This document shows, in pieces, positions 37,411-51,078 of a stretch of DNA of 64,000 nt (the first letter of the stretch is position 1; each line of letters begins with the position of its first letter). Origin of the DNA: Spirogloea muscicola (Eukaryota); NCBI GenBank assembly GCA_009602725.1, contig WELB01000001.1:873453-937452 (forward strand), read 5' to 3'. Below the pieces are notes generated by a model. The model was not told where the DNA came from and made no database searches. It was given only the letters and a program-made list of their open reading frames with translations. A program made the translations under genes and the position numbers.

Positions 37411-38048
37411 GATTGGGGATGCACACAAGGTGAGCACATGGTGGCGTGCTCGTCGGGAGGCGGACGGTTCTAGGCGGTGCCCGGGTCCTCTGCCGGTCTC
37501 GGCCTGGCGCGACCTCCGGAAAGGGCCAGGCGCCTCTGGCGAGCCTGGTGGGCCCGCAGAGGACGCGGCGGGGCGCTTCCCTGCGCCCGGGAGACGGGCC
37601 CGGGGCCCCAGCTGTCCGCAGCCCGACGAAAGGGTCTAGAGGGGGCCCCGCCTCCGGGCTGACACGGCACCGCCCCAAAAGCGCGTGCGTTGGCGGCCTT
37701 AAATCCGTCTACGAATGCAGGCGCGCTACGCGCTGCTCGCCCCACTCACAGCTACTAGGAGCCCGAGCCCGTGATCGGATCCGTCGGCGAATACTTTAAA
37801 TGCTGGACGGGACACCTTCGAGGGGCTTCGAGGGGTGGCCCGGGCGTTGGGGTTACGCAGCCGCTCCCCCTTATAGCCCCCTCCTCTCCCGCAAGCTCTC
37901 ATTCTTACACCAGCCCCGCGGCTCACGGGAACGCGGTGGCCTGCCTGCCTTCACCTGCGCGCCCGCGCCTCTGCCTCTGCCTCCGCCTGCGCCTGACTGT
38001 CCCTGCTGTGCCTGCGGCTCACTGGAACGCAGCCCCGCCTCACGAGCC

Positions 38049-41000
38049 ATGGAGGACGTTGTTGTTGTCAAGGTGTGCTCCCCACTCCTCGCCTAGTGGC
38101 TCGGCAACGGTTCGCCGTTGGTCCACCATGAGGTTCTGCTCTTGCTCGAGTCTGATGCACGCTGACTCGCTCGTTTCAGTGTGGCCGACTAGTGCTGCGT
38201 CTGAAAGAGATGCTCATTGTAGCCTGCCGTGTCAGCAAATTATTGATCGTTAGCTGCGCAAGTCTGCAATGTCTGTGCTACTTCCTGTGGGCTGGGCTGG
38301 TTTGCTGGAAGTGCCACATGGTTTTGACATTGTGCATGCTTCAGTGCGCCCTGCTTATGACATCTTCGACTGAGTAGAAGCATATTGTACCCACCAACTG
38401 TTGGACTCCAATTGAGGCCCACATGTTGGAGAAGGTCTACTGTGAATGATTAGGGCATCTGTGCGGTGTCTTACTATGGAACTCTTGTGCATGCAGCTGA
38501 ACTACGATGGCGTCATGTGCCGCACGACTTTGAGCAAGTCTCCTCTTCCAACTCATGCGTCTCTGGAGGAGCGCATTCGCGAGTCTTTCAAGATCTCACC
38601 CTCAAGCCACCTTACAATTACGTACACTGACAGCGGTAAGTGGTCATGCACTTCTTAGCTACCCAGGTCATTCAGAGCATTGTCGACAGTGTGATCACTG
38701 CTGCTTGACCCAACATACTGCACTCTCCAAAGCTCCACCTCCTCGGATCCTGCTGCACATCACCTCTTACTTTATTGAATGTCCTTACATGGCACATCAC
38801 CTCCAACTTATCTGAATTACGTCCTTACACGACCTCCTCCTCCTGCATCTGCTCGAATTTTGACAGATGGTGACAACATTACTATCCTTGGAGATGATGA
38901 CATTCGAGATGCCATCGTGCTCCAGCAGCTCAATCCGTTGCGTCTGACTGTGAAAACTAAGAGTGATGAAGGCTCAAGGGCCTCGGCTGCCACTCAGAAA
39001 GAAGCAGAGGGAGCTGCAGACGCTCCAAATACATTCTCATTTCTCAGTGATACGCAGCTGTTTGAGGAGATGTCTAAGAACTTCCTGAAGATGAAGATTG
39101 GTCAGAATCAAGATACGTCGTCGTTTGCCGACATGATGAAGAAGTATGAAGCTCATATACAATCTGTTGCTCCTCATCTGGCCAAGTTCCTCGGACATTT
39201 CCAGAACATGGCCAATGACTCCGTGCCAGTTGCACCACCGTCTCCTGCCCCAGCAACCAATCAATCCGCCACCACCTCCTCTGGGCCAGGAGCTGCTTCG
39301 GCAGAAAAAGATGGGAAGGTTGATGATGGGCCCGTTGATCAGGCCATTCACCGTGGAGTGCAGTGTGACATTTGTGATATGGTTCCCATCGTTGGCCCGC
39401 GTTTTAAGTCTCTTGAGTAAGTCATGGAGACTCTTGTCCTTCCTTTTGATTAGTCCAGCTTTGCTTGCATACACGCAACAACTATGTGAAGTCTGCACTT
39501 TTATATCTGTGGTTGTTGCTTAGGGATATGCTTGCTTGTGTTCGACTGTATGTCTGACTTAAGCAACCCAAGCTGATTGAGTGAATACTAATACTTCACT
39601 CTTTGTATTTCGGACGTGCAGTAAGGACGACTATGACCTGTGCCATAAGTGCCATGCAAGCCATGGCAAGGAGGGAGAGTATAAGAAGATTGATTACCCC
39701 GTGTTCCGACCCCGCCATCACCAACCGTTCTGGGCTGGTGGTCCTGGATATGGTTGCAAGCCAGCGGTGTGTCGCTCAACTCCTGTGTATTTGCACCATG
39801 CAAATTCTATATGAAATGACCAAGGTCGCTCATGTAGTAATACTTGCGAGATTGACGTGATCGATATGTTGCACTTTCATGTACTTTCATGTATGTTATG
39901 TGGAACCAATCTGATGATTATCCTCAATGTGCAGGGTATGCGGTATCCACAATTTGGAACGCATTTCTTGATGGGACGTCCTTGCCACCCTGGACGTGCT
40001 CCATTCATGCCTCATTCCCAGGGCAAGTTGGACGCTCGCTTTGTCAAAGATGTCACCATATTTGATGGCACTGAAATCCTGCCAGGGACTCGTTTCACTA
40101 AGATCTGGCGTCTTCGGAACTCAAGCAACACTCATTGGCCAGAGGGTACACAGCTCATCTGCATAGGGGGTTCCAAGCTGGGCTTGACTGACGCAATTGC
40201 ACTTCAGGTTCGTATTCTGGACATGTGGCTGTTCCATTGCAGTGAATCTTGGCAGCATCTATTGTGTGGTGTTTGTGCCCTGTATATAAGAACAGATACA
40301 ATTCAAGGTGCATACATCTTAGCTGCTTAGCTACTATGATGGTAGTGATGATGACGACGACGATGATGATGTGCAGGTACCTAAGGATGGTTTGGCTCCA
40401 GGAGATGAACTTGACGCTTCGGTTGACATGGTTGCGCCTGATTTGCCTGGGCGGTATGTCTCGCACTGGCGCCTGATGACTCCTAATGGCACCAGGTTCG
40501 GACATCGTGTTTGGGTCCTTATTCAGGTACAGCTCACCTCTCGTGTAGCCAGCTCCATTTATAGTCAACTTGTCTTGCTTGTCTGTTTTTTGGTTTGGCT
40601 GACTGGCTAAAATCTCTAGTGTCATTCTTTGACAATGCTGCAGCTATATGCAGGTTTACACGTTAACTTTTACTGAACTCCTTGTTCTGGTCATGTTGGG
40701 GTTGTGCAGGTCGTTTCAAAGGACGACCCATCCCCGCAAGTCGCTCAGTCCGTTGCAGATGCAGCAGGGGTTGCTACACAAGATTCTCCCCAGGAGAAGA
40801 CCGAGGAGTTGGTGACAGAAAGCACCACTACTGCTCGTAATGTGGAGAAGCCTGCTGTGGAACATGCTCCACCAGCTCCTACTGCTGTGCAGATTCCTGT
40901 GCATTTGGTGGAGTCCGCTGAGGAGACTGCGGCAATCGCCCAGGATATGCCTGCCCCTGTATCAGAGGACAAGGGAAGTGCTGATGTTGTTCAAGCGGCC

Positions 41001-41855
41001 TCACAGCAGACTTCAAAGACCCCAAGCGTGGAGGAGAGCAGTGTCGGTGGCTTCTCCCTTGTGGACATGCCATCAGTCGAGGGTAGTCCTGCAGACTCTG
41101 CACAGGAGCATTCCTCTGGCAGTGCTGGCCCTCAGGATGGCACCTTAAACAAGGATGCTAATGCCAACCAGGATACTGGTAGTACACCTGAAGTGGTTGC
41201 AGAAGCTGTGACTCCAGCTGAAGCTCAGGTGCCAGAAGTTGAAGAAGATCCTCAGGTATGCATGTTCGATACTCTTCTTCATTGACTTATGCTAGTGCAA
41301 CTTTGTTCATCTCATCAGTGCTTTTGTTGCACTGCCTCAAAAATTTCTGTTGACTAATTCTGAGGTTGCACCATATCCTTCGTCTTGTCCAGATGCTGAC
41401 AGCTCTGCAGAAGTTGGCTAGCATGGGCTTTGGGAACCATTCGTTGAACAAGAAGCTGCTGGAAGAGAACAACCTTGACATTGGCAAGACTGTGAATGAT
41501 CTCATTGCATCTGCAGAGTGGGATCCTATGCTTGAGGAGCTTGAAGAGATGGTAAACATACAAGCCCACTCCTGCTATCGCATTTGCCAATCCTTCATTC
41601 TCTTGCTACTTGTTAAATATCACCTCACTCCTGACTTCATGGGTCTTTGATGGTCTGGATATAGTCTATGCACGCTTTCATGTGTGCTTGAAGAGGTTTG
41701 ATTGACTGGTGGCATTGGTGATTCATTTGCAGGGCTTTTTTGATACCGATGTCAACCGTCATCTCATGATCAAGAACAAGGGGAGCATGAAGCGCACTGT
41801 CAAGGACCTGGTGATGATGTACAGAGGAACTGAAGCTCCTGTTGCGCAGAAGTAA
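38049..41855 (+). CDS. NBR1: Selective autophagy receptor NBR1 (PB1, ZZ, FW/NBR1 and two UBA domains)
   Basis: PB1 MEDVVVVKLNYDG..TYTDSDGDNITI; ZZ HRGVQCDICDMVPIVGPRFKS..DYDLC; FW LDARFVKDVTIFDGT..FTKIWRLRN..YVSHWRL..FGHRVWVLIQV; UBA domains with the AIM-like EWDPMLEELEEMGF. Confidence 0.96.
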
Positions 41856-42750
41856 CAGGAGGGAGGATGGAGATTGGATAGCAATGGGGTAGTTGAGCTT
41901 AAGCTTTTGTGCTTTCTAAGCTTATGCTGCAATGTTTAAGGATTTTCAACACACTTACACTACTGATACTTCAGAAGGAAAAAGAAAAATAGAAAAACAG
42001 TCTTGACAGTGTCAAAGGTGTGACACTTGACTCTGTACTGGATTTAATCTTACAATAAAGTGGGGAAGGGGTGACTTTTTCCTCCCCTTCAAAAGCTGAG
42101 AGTTACATTGTCTTTAGCTTATCGTTCTTCTGAATGCCTAACTACGAAATCAGCAAATTCGTTGCAGCTGCTTCAAACCACCTAAATTATCCTACGTTTC
42201 TGTGCAGCTTGTCTTTTCTGTAAGTCGATTGAATGCAAGACAAACTTGCCACAAATTGCACACAGGCAGAAGTGTCGCCTCAGTACTATTGGTTTCCTCG
42301 AAAAAACACGGTAAATTAGATTGTACAGTAAAGCCACCAAAGTAAAGATAAACGCAAGTAATGCAGACTTTACACCGCAGTCGATTGGATGACACCCTTT
42401 CTGTTACAAATACATGTGGGAAAATGTTCTTCTGCCATACTTGTGATGATACTCCTGAGCTTGATGAAAAGCTGCCTTGATCCAAAAATAAGTTTATATA
42501 CTGCCGAAACTGCAAGAGAGATAGCCAGAAACATCTTCAGATGTGAGCCATTGGCCTGTATAGCTGAGTTGTAAGGAAGATCATGAACATACACAGAATG
42601 CCTGTGGTTGTGTCTTGCATGATTTGTACACATGTCTTGCTTTGAGTGCACATTTACAACATCAAAAATGTACTGCAAGCATTGGAATGGAAATAGAGCA
42701 ACTGAACTGCAAGCAGCAACTGAAAGAAGTAAGAGGAAGAGTGCCGGACC

Positions 42751-44067
42751 TTACCTGCCAAGAATGATAGCGTTGTTGAGAGCGCAGCAACTATCAGAGC
42801 CTTGGCAGCCACACCATCGGCATCTCATCAGCTGCTTGGTCTTGACACCAGTTGCCGACCCATCACTGTCTGGTGGTGGCCTACTGCTCGCTGGTGGCCT
42901 ATTGCCTGGCAGTGGCATATCGGTCACAATAGCCTTGTCATCAAAGTGATTGGGAACAATCTCGGGCATCGACTGGAAGTTTGCCCGCTGCTCGACGCAC
43001 TCGTCAGCCCGTTGTTCCAGCTCCCTCAGGTCGGGCTTGTTTCCAACGTGGCCTTCGCAGCCCTCTGGAGTTGCACCAGCAGGCAAGATCTTTACTGAGC
43101 CCGCAGCCTCCTCAAGAGGCCTCTGGTCCTTTACCACAGGTGAGTGCTGGTTATTGCTAGAGGCGCACTGAGGGTCGTTCTCCTCGGCACTGCTGTGCTC
43201 AGCGGCATCAGACTTCCTTCTCACTGTGGCGCTGGCCCTCGTGGTATTTGCAGCAGGGTGCCACACAGCGAGATTGTCAGCGCCGCTGCCCACATCAGCA
43301 GCATCTTCTGACTGCAAGTGCTGATAGCCACTGTCTGCAGCTGGAGTGCTTTCGTGTTTTGAGAAGGCACCATTTACCGCCTCGCCGCTGTTATCGACAA
43401 AGTCCAGCCGCCTGGCAGTAGTTGCCGGCTCAAGTCCCTTTCCCACAGTGTCGGCATCTGGAAGGGCGCCGAGAGCGGCAGGCTCGGCTGTGACTGAGCT
43501 GAAGTCCTCCAAGCTGGGTGGTGACACCGCGTGCAGTCGGATCACGGAGCAGGGCGACTCCTCACCCTCCATGCCACCGTCTTTCGCCCCTCCCGCCACT
43601 GGAGCCGCTTCTGGAGGCTTGCTTATGCTGACCCTGCTTGTGTCGGCGGCGGTTGAAGGAATGACCATACCCTCCTCCTCCTCCTCCTCCTCCTCCTCCC
43701 CCTCCTCCTCCTCCCCCTCCTCCTCCTCCTCCTCCTCTATCCCCTCAGGCAAGCTCGGCAGGCTGGGCTCGTGCTCGCCGCCCTCCTCTTCCTCCTCCTC
43801 CTCCTCCTCCTCCTCTACATCCTCCTCCTCTGTTCCCTCAGGCAAGCTTGGCAGGCTGGGCTCGTGCTCGCCGCTATTGCGGGCGAGGCCATCACCGTCG
43901 TCCTTGGCGTTGCTGGCTGCTGCCCATTTACGGGTGTGCTCATCCTCTGCTCCCTGGAACCACTCGATTGACACGGACGGCTCGTTCACCGACGTGCCAG
44001 CACGAGTCGTGCCATCGGCCAGCCGCTCGCACGCACCCCCGGGCTCGCTATGGCTGGAGTCTGGCAT
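42751..44067 (-). CDS. Hypothetical acidic low-complexity protein (main exon; ends uncertain)
   Basis: 438-codon ORF with poly-Glu tracts and a duplicated GEHEPSLPSLPEG(T/I)EEE motif. It ends at a GTAAG donor. No recognisable domain. Confidence 0.5.
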   Translation of the reverse strand: MPDSSHSEPGGACERLADGTTRAGTSVNEPSVSIEWFQGAEDEHTRKWAAASNAKDDGDGLARNSGEHEPSLPSLPEGTEEEDVEEEEEEEEEEEGGEHEPSLPSLPEGIEEEEEEEGEEEEGEEEEEEEEEGMVIPSTAADTSRVSISKPPEAAPVAGGAKDGGMEGEESPCSVIRLHAVSPPSLEDFSSVTAEPAALGALPDADTVGKGLEPATTARRLDFVDNSGEAVNGAFSKHESTPAADSGYQHLQSEDAADVGSGADNLAVWHPAANTTRASATVRRKSDAAEHSSAEENDPQCASSNNQHSPVVKDQRPLEEAAGSVKILPAGATPEGCEGHVGNKPDLRELEQRADECVEQRANFQSMPEIVPNHFDDKAIVTDMPLPGNRPPASSRPPPDSDGSATGVKTKQLMRCRWCGCQGSDSCCALNNAIILGR

Positions 44068-44839
44068 AGGCCACGCAGCATATGCAGCATTAGTTGTGGG
44101 TCACTGCAGCGGCCATCTGCGGGCTGTCCTCGCTGCTAATGCAGTGCCCCTGACGCTGGCACACAGCAGGGCTGCGACTACAATGCTGCCCATGCCTCGT
44201 AACATGGTGGGCATGGCCAGGTCTGGAACCCAGTTGATGTCGCCCATTGCCGGGCTCAGCCGAGCACGCCACAATGCAATAGCAGCAGAGGAGTTGGGCG
44301 GTGCGGGGCTCGCCTCCAGCACCAGCGGCCAGGCGAGCCTCGCGGCGCTGCAGCAGCAGGACGGTGGCGAGCTCCACAAAGGGCGCCACGGTGAGCGGGA
44401 CGAGCGCGGCGGCGCCGAAGGCAATGACCGCCCCGGCGATGGCCTCGCGGCGGCTGGCCCCGCCCATGTCTCAGCCCCGGGCTGCGGCGGAGGGGCAGGC
44501 AGGCCCCCCCGACAGGAGAAGCGAGGGGGAGAGGGCAGGCAGGCAGGCCGGGCAGGACGAGCGGGCCAAGTGGGCGAAGGCAGGGGGCGCAGTGGGGACA
44601 AGGGGAGGCGCCTGAGTGAGAGCGAGAGTGGGGCCTTGGGGGAAGAACGCGGCTGCTGATACGAAGGGGCTGTTGAAAGCAAGCTGATGAGTCCATCCAG
44701 GAGAATTCTGCAGATGGGGCGGGTTTGGCATCTACATTGCGGAGCCGCAGTGCTGGAGGCGGGACGACAGATGGGAGGGGTGGGGGGGACCTCTTGGGCT
44801 CTGGGCTCACCGGTTACCGGCTCTACGTTTCTGTCAACT

Positions 44840-46540
44840 CTTCTCGGGCTGGCTTGCCACAGCCCTTGCCCCTCCCCATCTCTTAATATACACGCATTTG
44901 CTTTTGGAAGCAGCCGCTTCTTCCACGCGAGCTCTTCCATTCAGGGAAAGAGATTGGAGGAACAGAAGAAAGGGCTCGCCCGTTGAGGATAGGGGCTGGA
45001 CAAGCCAGCCCAAAAAAGAATGAACAAAGAACGAGAAGGGGGCCAGAGGAAGCCAGAGGAAGCGCTAAGAAACCAAAGCACACAAAGAAAGAAAGCAGCT
45101 ACAAATCACTCAGTAACCCCTGCTAAGCAGCCGCAAATCAGAGAGGCTAGGGTCCTGGAAGTGGGTCCGAGGAACGGATTCCTTTGAGCGAGCCGGCAGC
45201 CCAGCGGCGGGATGGGCGGTGGCGCGCTCTTCGACAGGGTGACAAGATTTAGCAGGAGCCGGGAAGAGGAGAAGCCCGCAGTGCCCCAATCGAGGAAACG
45301 AGAAAGGCGAGGGGGGGGGACAGTTGGGGGCGGCGCCGCCGGGCGCAGGGAAGCCCCATCGCCGGCGCTGGTGGGCGGGGGGGAGGGAGGGAGTGGAAGT
45401 GAGAGGGAAAACAACTCCTGCACTGGAAAGAAGGCAAAGCTGGGAGTGGGAGGCGATGGCCGTGAGAGGCCAGCCCCAGTTGGGGACGATCAAAAGGGGA
45501 GGGGGGGGAGGGAGGGAGAAAGAGAGGGGGGGAGGAGGGCCCCACCTCGGGCCGCCAAGAGCTTGACCGGGGGGGTGGGGGGGCGCCACCCTCCGTGTGC
45601 TTTGGTTTCTTAGCGCTTCCTCTGGCTTCCTCTGGCCCCCTTCTCGTTCTTTGTTCATTCTTTTTTGGGCTGGCTTGTCCAGCCCCTATCCTCAATGGGC
45701 GAGCCCTTTCTTCTCCGTATCTCCGCCCTGCTCGCCACGCTGCCACCACGTGTCCCAGGCCTCCCCACGCCCCTCCTTCCTCCCCGAACGATCGCCGGCG
45801 GAGCCGCGCTCCTGCCTCCCCTGTGTGTTTCAATCTGCTGTAGGTTATGTAGATTTTTAGATGTGCTTGCCTTTGTACCTGGCCATTTGGCCTACATTTC
45901 TTTCTAATACACGATCTCTTTCCCGTGGGTACTAATGTCATCTTAGGTACCTTAGATTAGGTCTCCGTATTATGTAGCATTGTTTAGTCTGCACTCGACT
46001 CTGCCTGAACAATGTATTGGCTTGAATTGGCCTCCCTTTCAATTCATGCGCCCCGCGCGCCTTCTCTCTTTCCCTGTGCTTGCCTTTGTACTTGGCCTTG
46101 GCCTTCGTTTGTTTCAAATACACGAAATATTTCCCTTTCGCCACTAGCTTTTGCCTGAACAACTCACTAGGATATTGGCCCACCCTTTCATCTCCTGCGC
46201 ACTACGCCAACGGGCGTAGCTTTGGCTTTTGGACATTGTCCATTGGTTTTGGGCTGGCTTTGCTCCTCTTCTTCTCTCTGGGCGAGCACTTTCTTACTTA
46301 TGGGCGAGCGATGTCCTCTCCACCACCCCCCCCCGAAAGCTGCACCAGAAAGCTGGTCGAGCCTTAGCTGGTGGCACAAGGGCTTGTGAAGTTGCCATCC
46401 GTTTTTCGGGAAATAGTTAACGACCTCTACTTGCTGACTCACTTTACTGAGCGGGTCAGCTCAGCAGCAAGTGCTGTAACTCTATCCATGTGCTTGCCGT
46501 TGTACTTGGCCGCTCAGGCCCTCCATCACTCGAATGACAC
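44840..46540. mobile_element. Island of truncated RLE retrotransposon 3' ends in both orientations
   Basis: Family A tail (-) at 44966-45168 ends SDLRLLSRGY*. Family A tail (+) lies at 45597-45712, family B tails at 45830-45915 and 46075-46130, and family C at 46340-46540. 45986-46072 is the reverse complement of ~15818-15904. Confidence 0.8.
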
Positions 46541-47584
46541 TATTAACCCTTGCACACTTTCATCATATGATCACGGGCTGCTATCTCGCAGCATTTTTGC
46601 TGGTGCGCTCCTCAGATTGCGGCTCTTTTAATGCAGCACCCACCTCTGCTGGTTGTCCTGCCCCCTGAAATCCTGCATTTCCCTTTGAATTGGTCGCTCA
46701 CATTCATCGCCCCTTTCTACTAAGAACCAACCTATCCCTCTCGATGCTCCAGATTAAAGTAGTGCTATGCCATCGCCCTTGCCACAGCTCTTATTGTGAA
46801 ATGGACTTGAGCTCGCCCTTGTTGTCTCCCATGCTTCCTGCATCACTTGTCAGTCACTCCAGCAGGTTTGAGACGACTTTCTGCACACCTCCAGGGCTCA
46901 AGGACCAGCCATAGAAATGCCCCTCCCATCGTGGGTGTAAGCACAGCCATGCTCAATATGCCAGTGTGGCACACCTCCAACAACTCTCGTGTAAGGTGAC
47001 CTGCATCTACACTTTTCCGTGCAACACTTAGCAGATTAAGCCAGCCATTATAGCCTGCCTCTAATAGAAGTACAAATCACATGGTCTTCCCAGTACACAC
47101 AGCTATCAATAAGACATACGACCTTTGCCATTCCTGCAGAGAACACCAATATGAAAGATCCATACCACATCATTGAGACGCGGTTTTCAGCTAAACCTGC
47201 AAGAGATTTGAAGTGACAGCAGGCATGCGTTTTTAAGTAGTTATCAGCAAAACAATTGGAGTTTGGCATCATAGGAATGCAGGGGCTGCTGAGGCAATAA
47301 GATAGTCACGACAGAAGATTGATTAAGATAAATATCTGTCTGTCTCAATGAGTCCCTATAACAACTCAGTTGGATCTGTATGCCAACTAAAGTGGCTACA
47401 CTCGCTTCAGTCCAAGACTGATTATCGCATTTCAGCACACTCATAAGAGCACCAAGAAGAAGTGCTATGCATCTACTGCATACTCTGTACTGAGTTAGCT
47501 CAGGACCAGGTCAAAAGGATCCGCCGTAACAACCACTCGTTCTCCATGAGAAACACCCACCATGCAAGCTTGTGTGATGCATTC

Positions 47585-49982
47585 TCAGACCTTGCTGCAA
47601 TCAATATACCAAACTCGGCGAGGCTCGCATGGCGGGTCGCCTGACGTAGTTGAAACAGGGGCACCTGGGCCCAGCTCCCGCCCGTACATCTCAGAGGCCT
47701 CGCGCGGCTGCCAAGCACAACCTGCAGCTGTCAATGACCATCACCAAGACTCATGGCAGCTGCTTGCGAATGTTGCATCAGTCGTGATCCTCAAGTGCAA
47801 GCTTAGGACTGCAACCATGTTGATTATACATGTCAACCTGTCGACTTCGTCTCCCTTACTCAAGAACAATAGATGTGTAATGTTCTAACATCCTTCAGAC
47901 AGATCTGATATAACTGGGCATTCAAATGTAAGACTCAAGAAATATCATGAAGCTACTCTGGGCAAAAGCTGCTTCAGGTGAAGGAGAAGCAGCAGGCTTA
48001 GTCCTTGATACTCGTAGGAACAATCAATCAGTCAAAGAGATCAAGCAAGCCGGGTCAAGGGCACTTCACAGAGGAGATCTTCTCAAGCTTCCAATTGTAC
48101 TCCCTGAAGTAGCCCTCAGGATCGTCGCAGCCCCATTTCCACGATCTCACCAGTTCCGACTCGCTTTCACTGCTCCTTTTAAGAACCGCTGCCGATATCT
48201 AGCAATGTGCACATTGGCTATGGTTAAGATGTCTGAAGAATCAATGAAAGTCACTCGTACCACGATCTGACAGGAACTCTGATGAAAGGGGCCATATTGT
48301 GTTATGCTGCCACAGCAGGGGCGAGCTGGCCACAAGGAGCACCTACACCAAACTAGATTAGTGACGCATTGAGGGCATGCTCCGTCAAGATATTGCGAGT
48401 CCAGTGTGAGCTGCACCTTACTGCAGCACATTTTATTCGGATTAAGGATATGGAGCAAGGTAAGATACGGAGCAAGGTAAAAACGATACTCTAAAAGAGA
48501 GGGCAAAGAAAGCGCAAGACACGTCAATGAATGAGGAGTAAGGAGCGAGAAAAGACAGGCACACCCCAGTGGCTATGAGCCGGGAAGTCGAAGTAGACAT
48601 GCTGCTGATGCCGCTGATAAGCTTGCTCACCGATTCAGGCTGGAGGTACCTGGAAGCACGACAACGCGTGATAAAAGCTTGGTTGTGTTGGGTCTGGGGA
48701 CAACGTGTCAGAACACATTGAACATCGAGGACACATCCAGTCACATCCTGCCACAGTCCACTCGTCTGTCCAGAACATGCAGAGTCCGACGACAAGACGG
48801 GAAGATCAAAGCTTAAGTAGGCACAAGACAAGTACTTCGTGGTACAGCACAGTGGCAGGCAGATGACATTCTCACATCAGGAGGCCCTCAAGCACCCATG
48901 TAGTCCAGGCGCTGCTGTCAAAACCCCGCTCCCGCAACTTACTCTGCCACCTGTCCGTGCCGACACTGACAGCGACAGCAATCCTCTCCTCTGCAAGAGT
49001 GACAGGAAGAAGCATGCCACTCTCCTGAAGCTGCGAAAGAATCCTGGCTTTTTCCTTGAGAACATTCGGCTTGTCCACCATGAAGAGTACGTTGGCTGGC
49101 GGCTTAGGGCTGCAGCGGCCACATAGCTTGCATTAAACGACACACATACACCTTGACAAAGTAGTAGCTCCCAGACTATGGGTTCTGGGTTAGGCAACAC
49201 ATTCACAGGTAGGTGCAGATCAAGGATCCGCGTTGTGGTTTTCATACTACCATTTGATTGGCTGAGAACGGTTAGAACCGTCCTTGTGTCACTCACTTGT
49301 CCCCCGCCAGGATGCTGGGAAGCCGCCAAGGTCGAGCGTCCATGCCGCACCCTAAGATGACGACCTGGGAACGGCGTGGAGCCTGCACGTCGTCAACCTG
49401 GCGGCAGAGGCCTTCGAAGGCCTGCAGGGCCTGGAGGAGAGCGTCGTCAATCCACTTTGTCCGCAGCGCAAATCGTGCCGGATCATATCCAGCTGCAGCT
49501 GCAACCAATGCAGCGCCCGAATAGATCGCTTCAATTACGAGGCATCACAAGCGAATAGCCTGGCATTCAGATGCTCCCGAGCCAGCAAGCGATTCGACGT
49601 CTCAGCCTGGCGAGCACGGCGGCATGCGGCAGGATGACGATCTATCCTTAAACCACCTGATCTATCTACAGTAAACAATCATCTTAATGATCATCCCACT
49701 CCAAGAAAATCAAAGTCTTGATGGAGAATAGGTTCTTTTCGAAGTTTCTTTCCAAATAGCTACCAGTGTCTTCTTGGCTATGCACTTGACACCTCATGTG
49801 GATGTTGCATTCTGGCTTGGCCGGCAGCATGGGCCAGGAGGCCCACCGCGTGCGCGCTGCCGGGCCAGCGCGACGGGGCCGGCGAGCGGCGCGGCCAGCG
49901 GGTCGCGGAAGAGCGCGTCGGGGCGCTCCGACTCCGCCGCGCGGTACGCCGCGATGGTCTGCGACGAGAAGGACACCACGTC
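47585..49982 (-). CDS. SAM-dependent methyltransferase, LCM/TIGR00027-like family (first exon probably upstream or in the gap)
   Basis: Exons read IAAYRAAESERPDALFRDPLAAPLAG; FALRTKWIDD..QVVILGCGMDARPWRL; VDKPNVLKEK..GFDSS..TTWVLEGLLMYL; and WKWGCDDPEGYF. The frame of the last exon is ambiguous near 47700. Confidence 0.85.
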
Positions 49983-50695
49983 TGCACGGCGCACGCCGCG
50001 AGAAGAATACTATGAGCAGCCACATTCTTTGCAACCTAAGATCTATCTCAGTCACAACCTCCGGGAATGAGCTCGAGCGGCCGTCAGAGTGAGCAGCCGT
50101 CAAAGCGAGTGGCGTCCCATTTGGCGACGCCGCCGCGATCGCCGGACCTTTGAGCTCGCCGTAGCGACCGCCGTCCGGCGCGCCGGCTGCGGCGCCGCCG
50201 CCGCTGCCGCGGCCCGCCTCGCCCNNNNNNNNNNNNNNNNNNNNNNNNNNNNNNNNNNNNNNNNNNNNNNNNNNNNNNNNNNNNNNNNNNNNNNNNNNNN
50301 NNNNNNNNNNNNNNNNNNNNNNNNNNNNNNNNNNNNNNNNNNNNNNNNNNNNNNNNNNNNNNNNNNNNNNNNNNNNNNNNNNNNNNNNNNNNNNNNNNNN
50401 NNNNNNNNNNNNNNNNNNNNNNNNNNNNNNNNNNNNNNNNNNNNNNNNNNNNNNNNNNNNNNNNNNNNNNNNNNNNNNNNNNNNNNNNNNNNNNNNNNNN
50501 NNNNNNNNNNNNNNNNNNNNNNNNNNNNNNNNNNNNNNNNNNNNNNNNNNNNNNNNNNNNNNNNNNNNNNNNNNNNNNNNNNNNNNNNNNNNNNNNNNNN
50601 NNNNNNNNNNNNNNNNNNNNNNNNNNNNNNNNNNNNNNNNNNNNNNNNNNNNNNNNNNNNNNNNNNNNNNNNNNNNNNNNNNNNNNNNNNNNNNN

Positions 50696-50779
<84 letters not shown>

Positions 50780-50800
50780 CCCCCCCCTCTCTCTCTCTCT
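50696..50800. repeat. (CT)n microsatellite next to an assembly gap
   Basis: Long CT run directly after the N block. Confidence 0.95.
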
Positions 50801-51078
50801 CCCCTCCTCCGTCCCCCTCTCTCGCTCCCTCGCCTTTCTCCCCCCGCTATCCACCGCCCACCGATAGTCGCGCTCTCCTCGTCCCTGTCCCTTTGGACCT
50901 CTGTCCACTCTTAAGCCTGTCCCTGCTGGCGAAGACACCACAGAGCAAGCACGAAGGAGGTCTCTCCACAATTGTCACACTCTCTTTTGCCAAGGCCCAC
51001 ATATGGAGCAGCTGCACTGACGCACCCCTGCGGGAGGGCGACCTCTTCCGTAACAAGCACGGCGCGTGCCAAAGCCAC

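Noticed and set aside
43346..44940. 437-aa plus-strand Ser-rich ORF and overlapping minus ORFs
   Set aside because: These are the antisense of the poly-Glu ORF plus GC-rich low-complexity sequence.
44965..45712. MITE with terminal inverted repeats
   Set aside because: The two inverted segments are independent family A tails, each with its own TSD (gaggaac(a/g)g and ctccgt).
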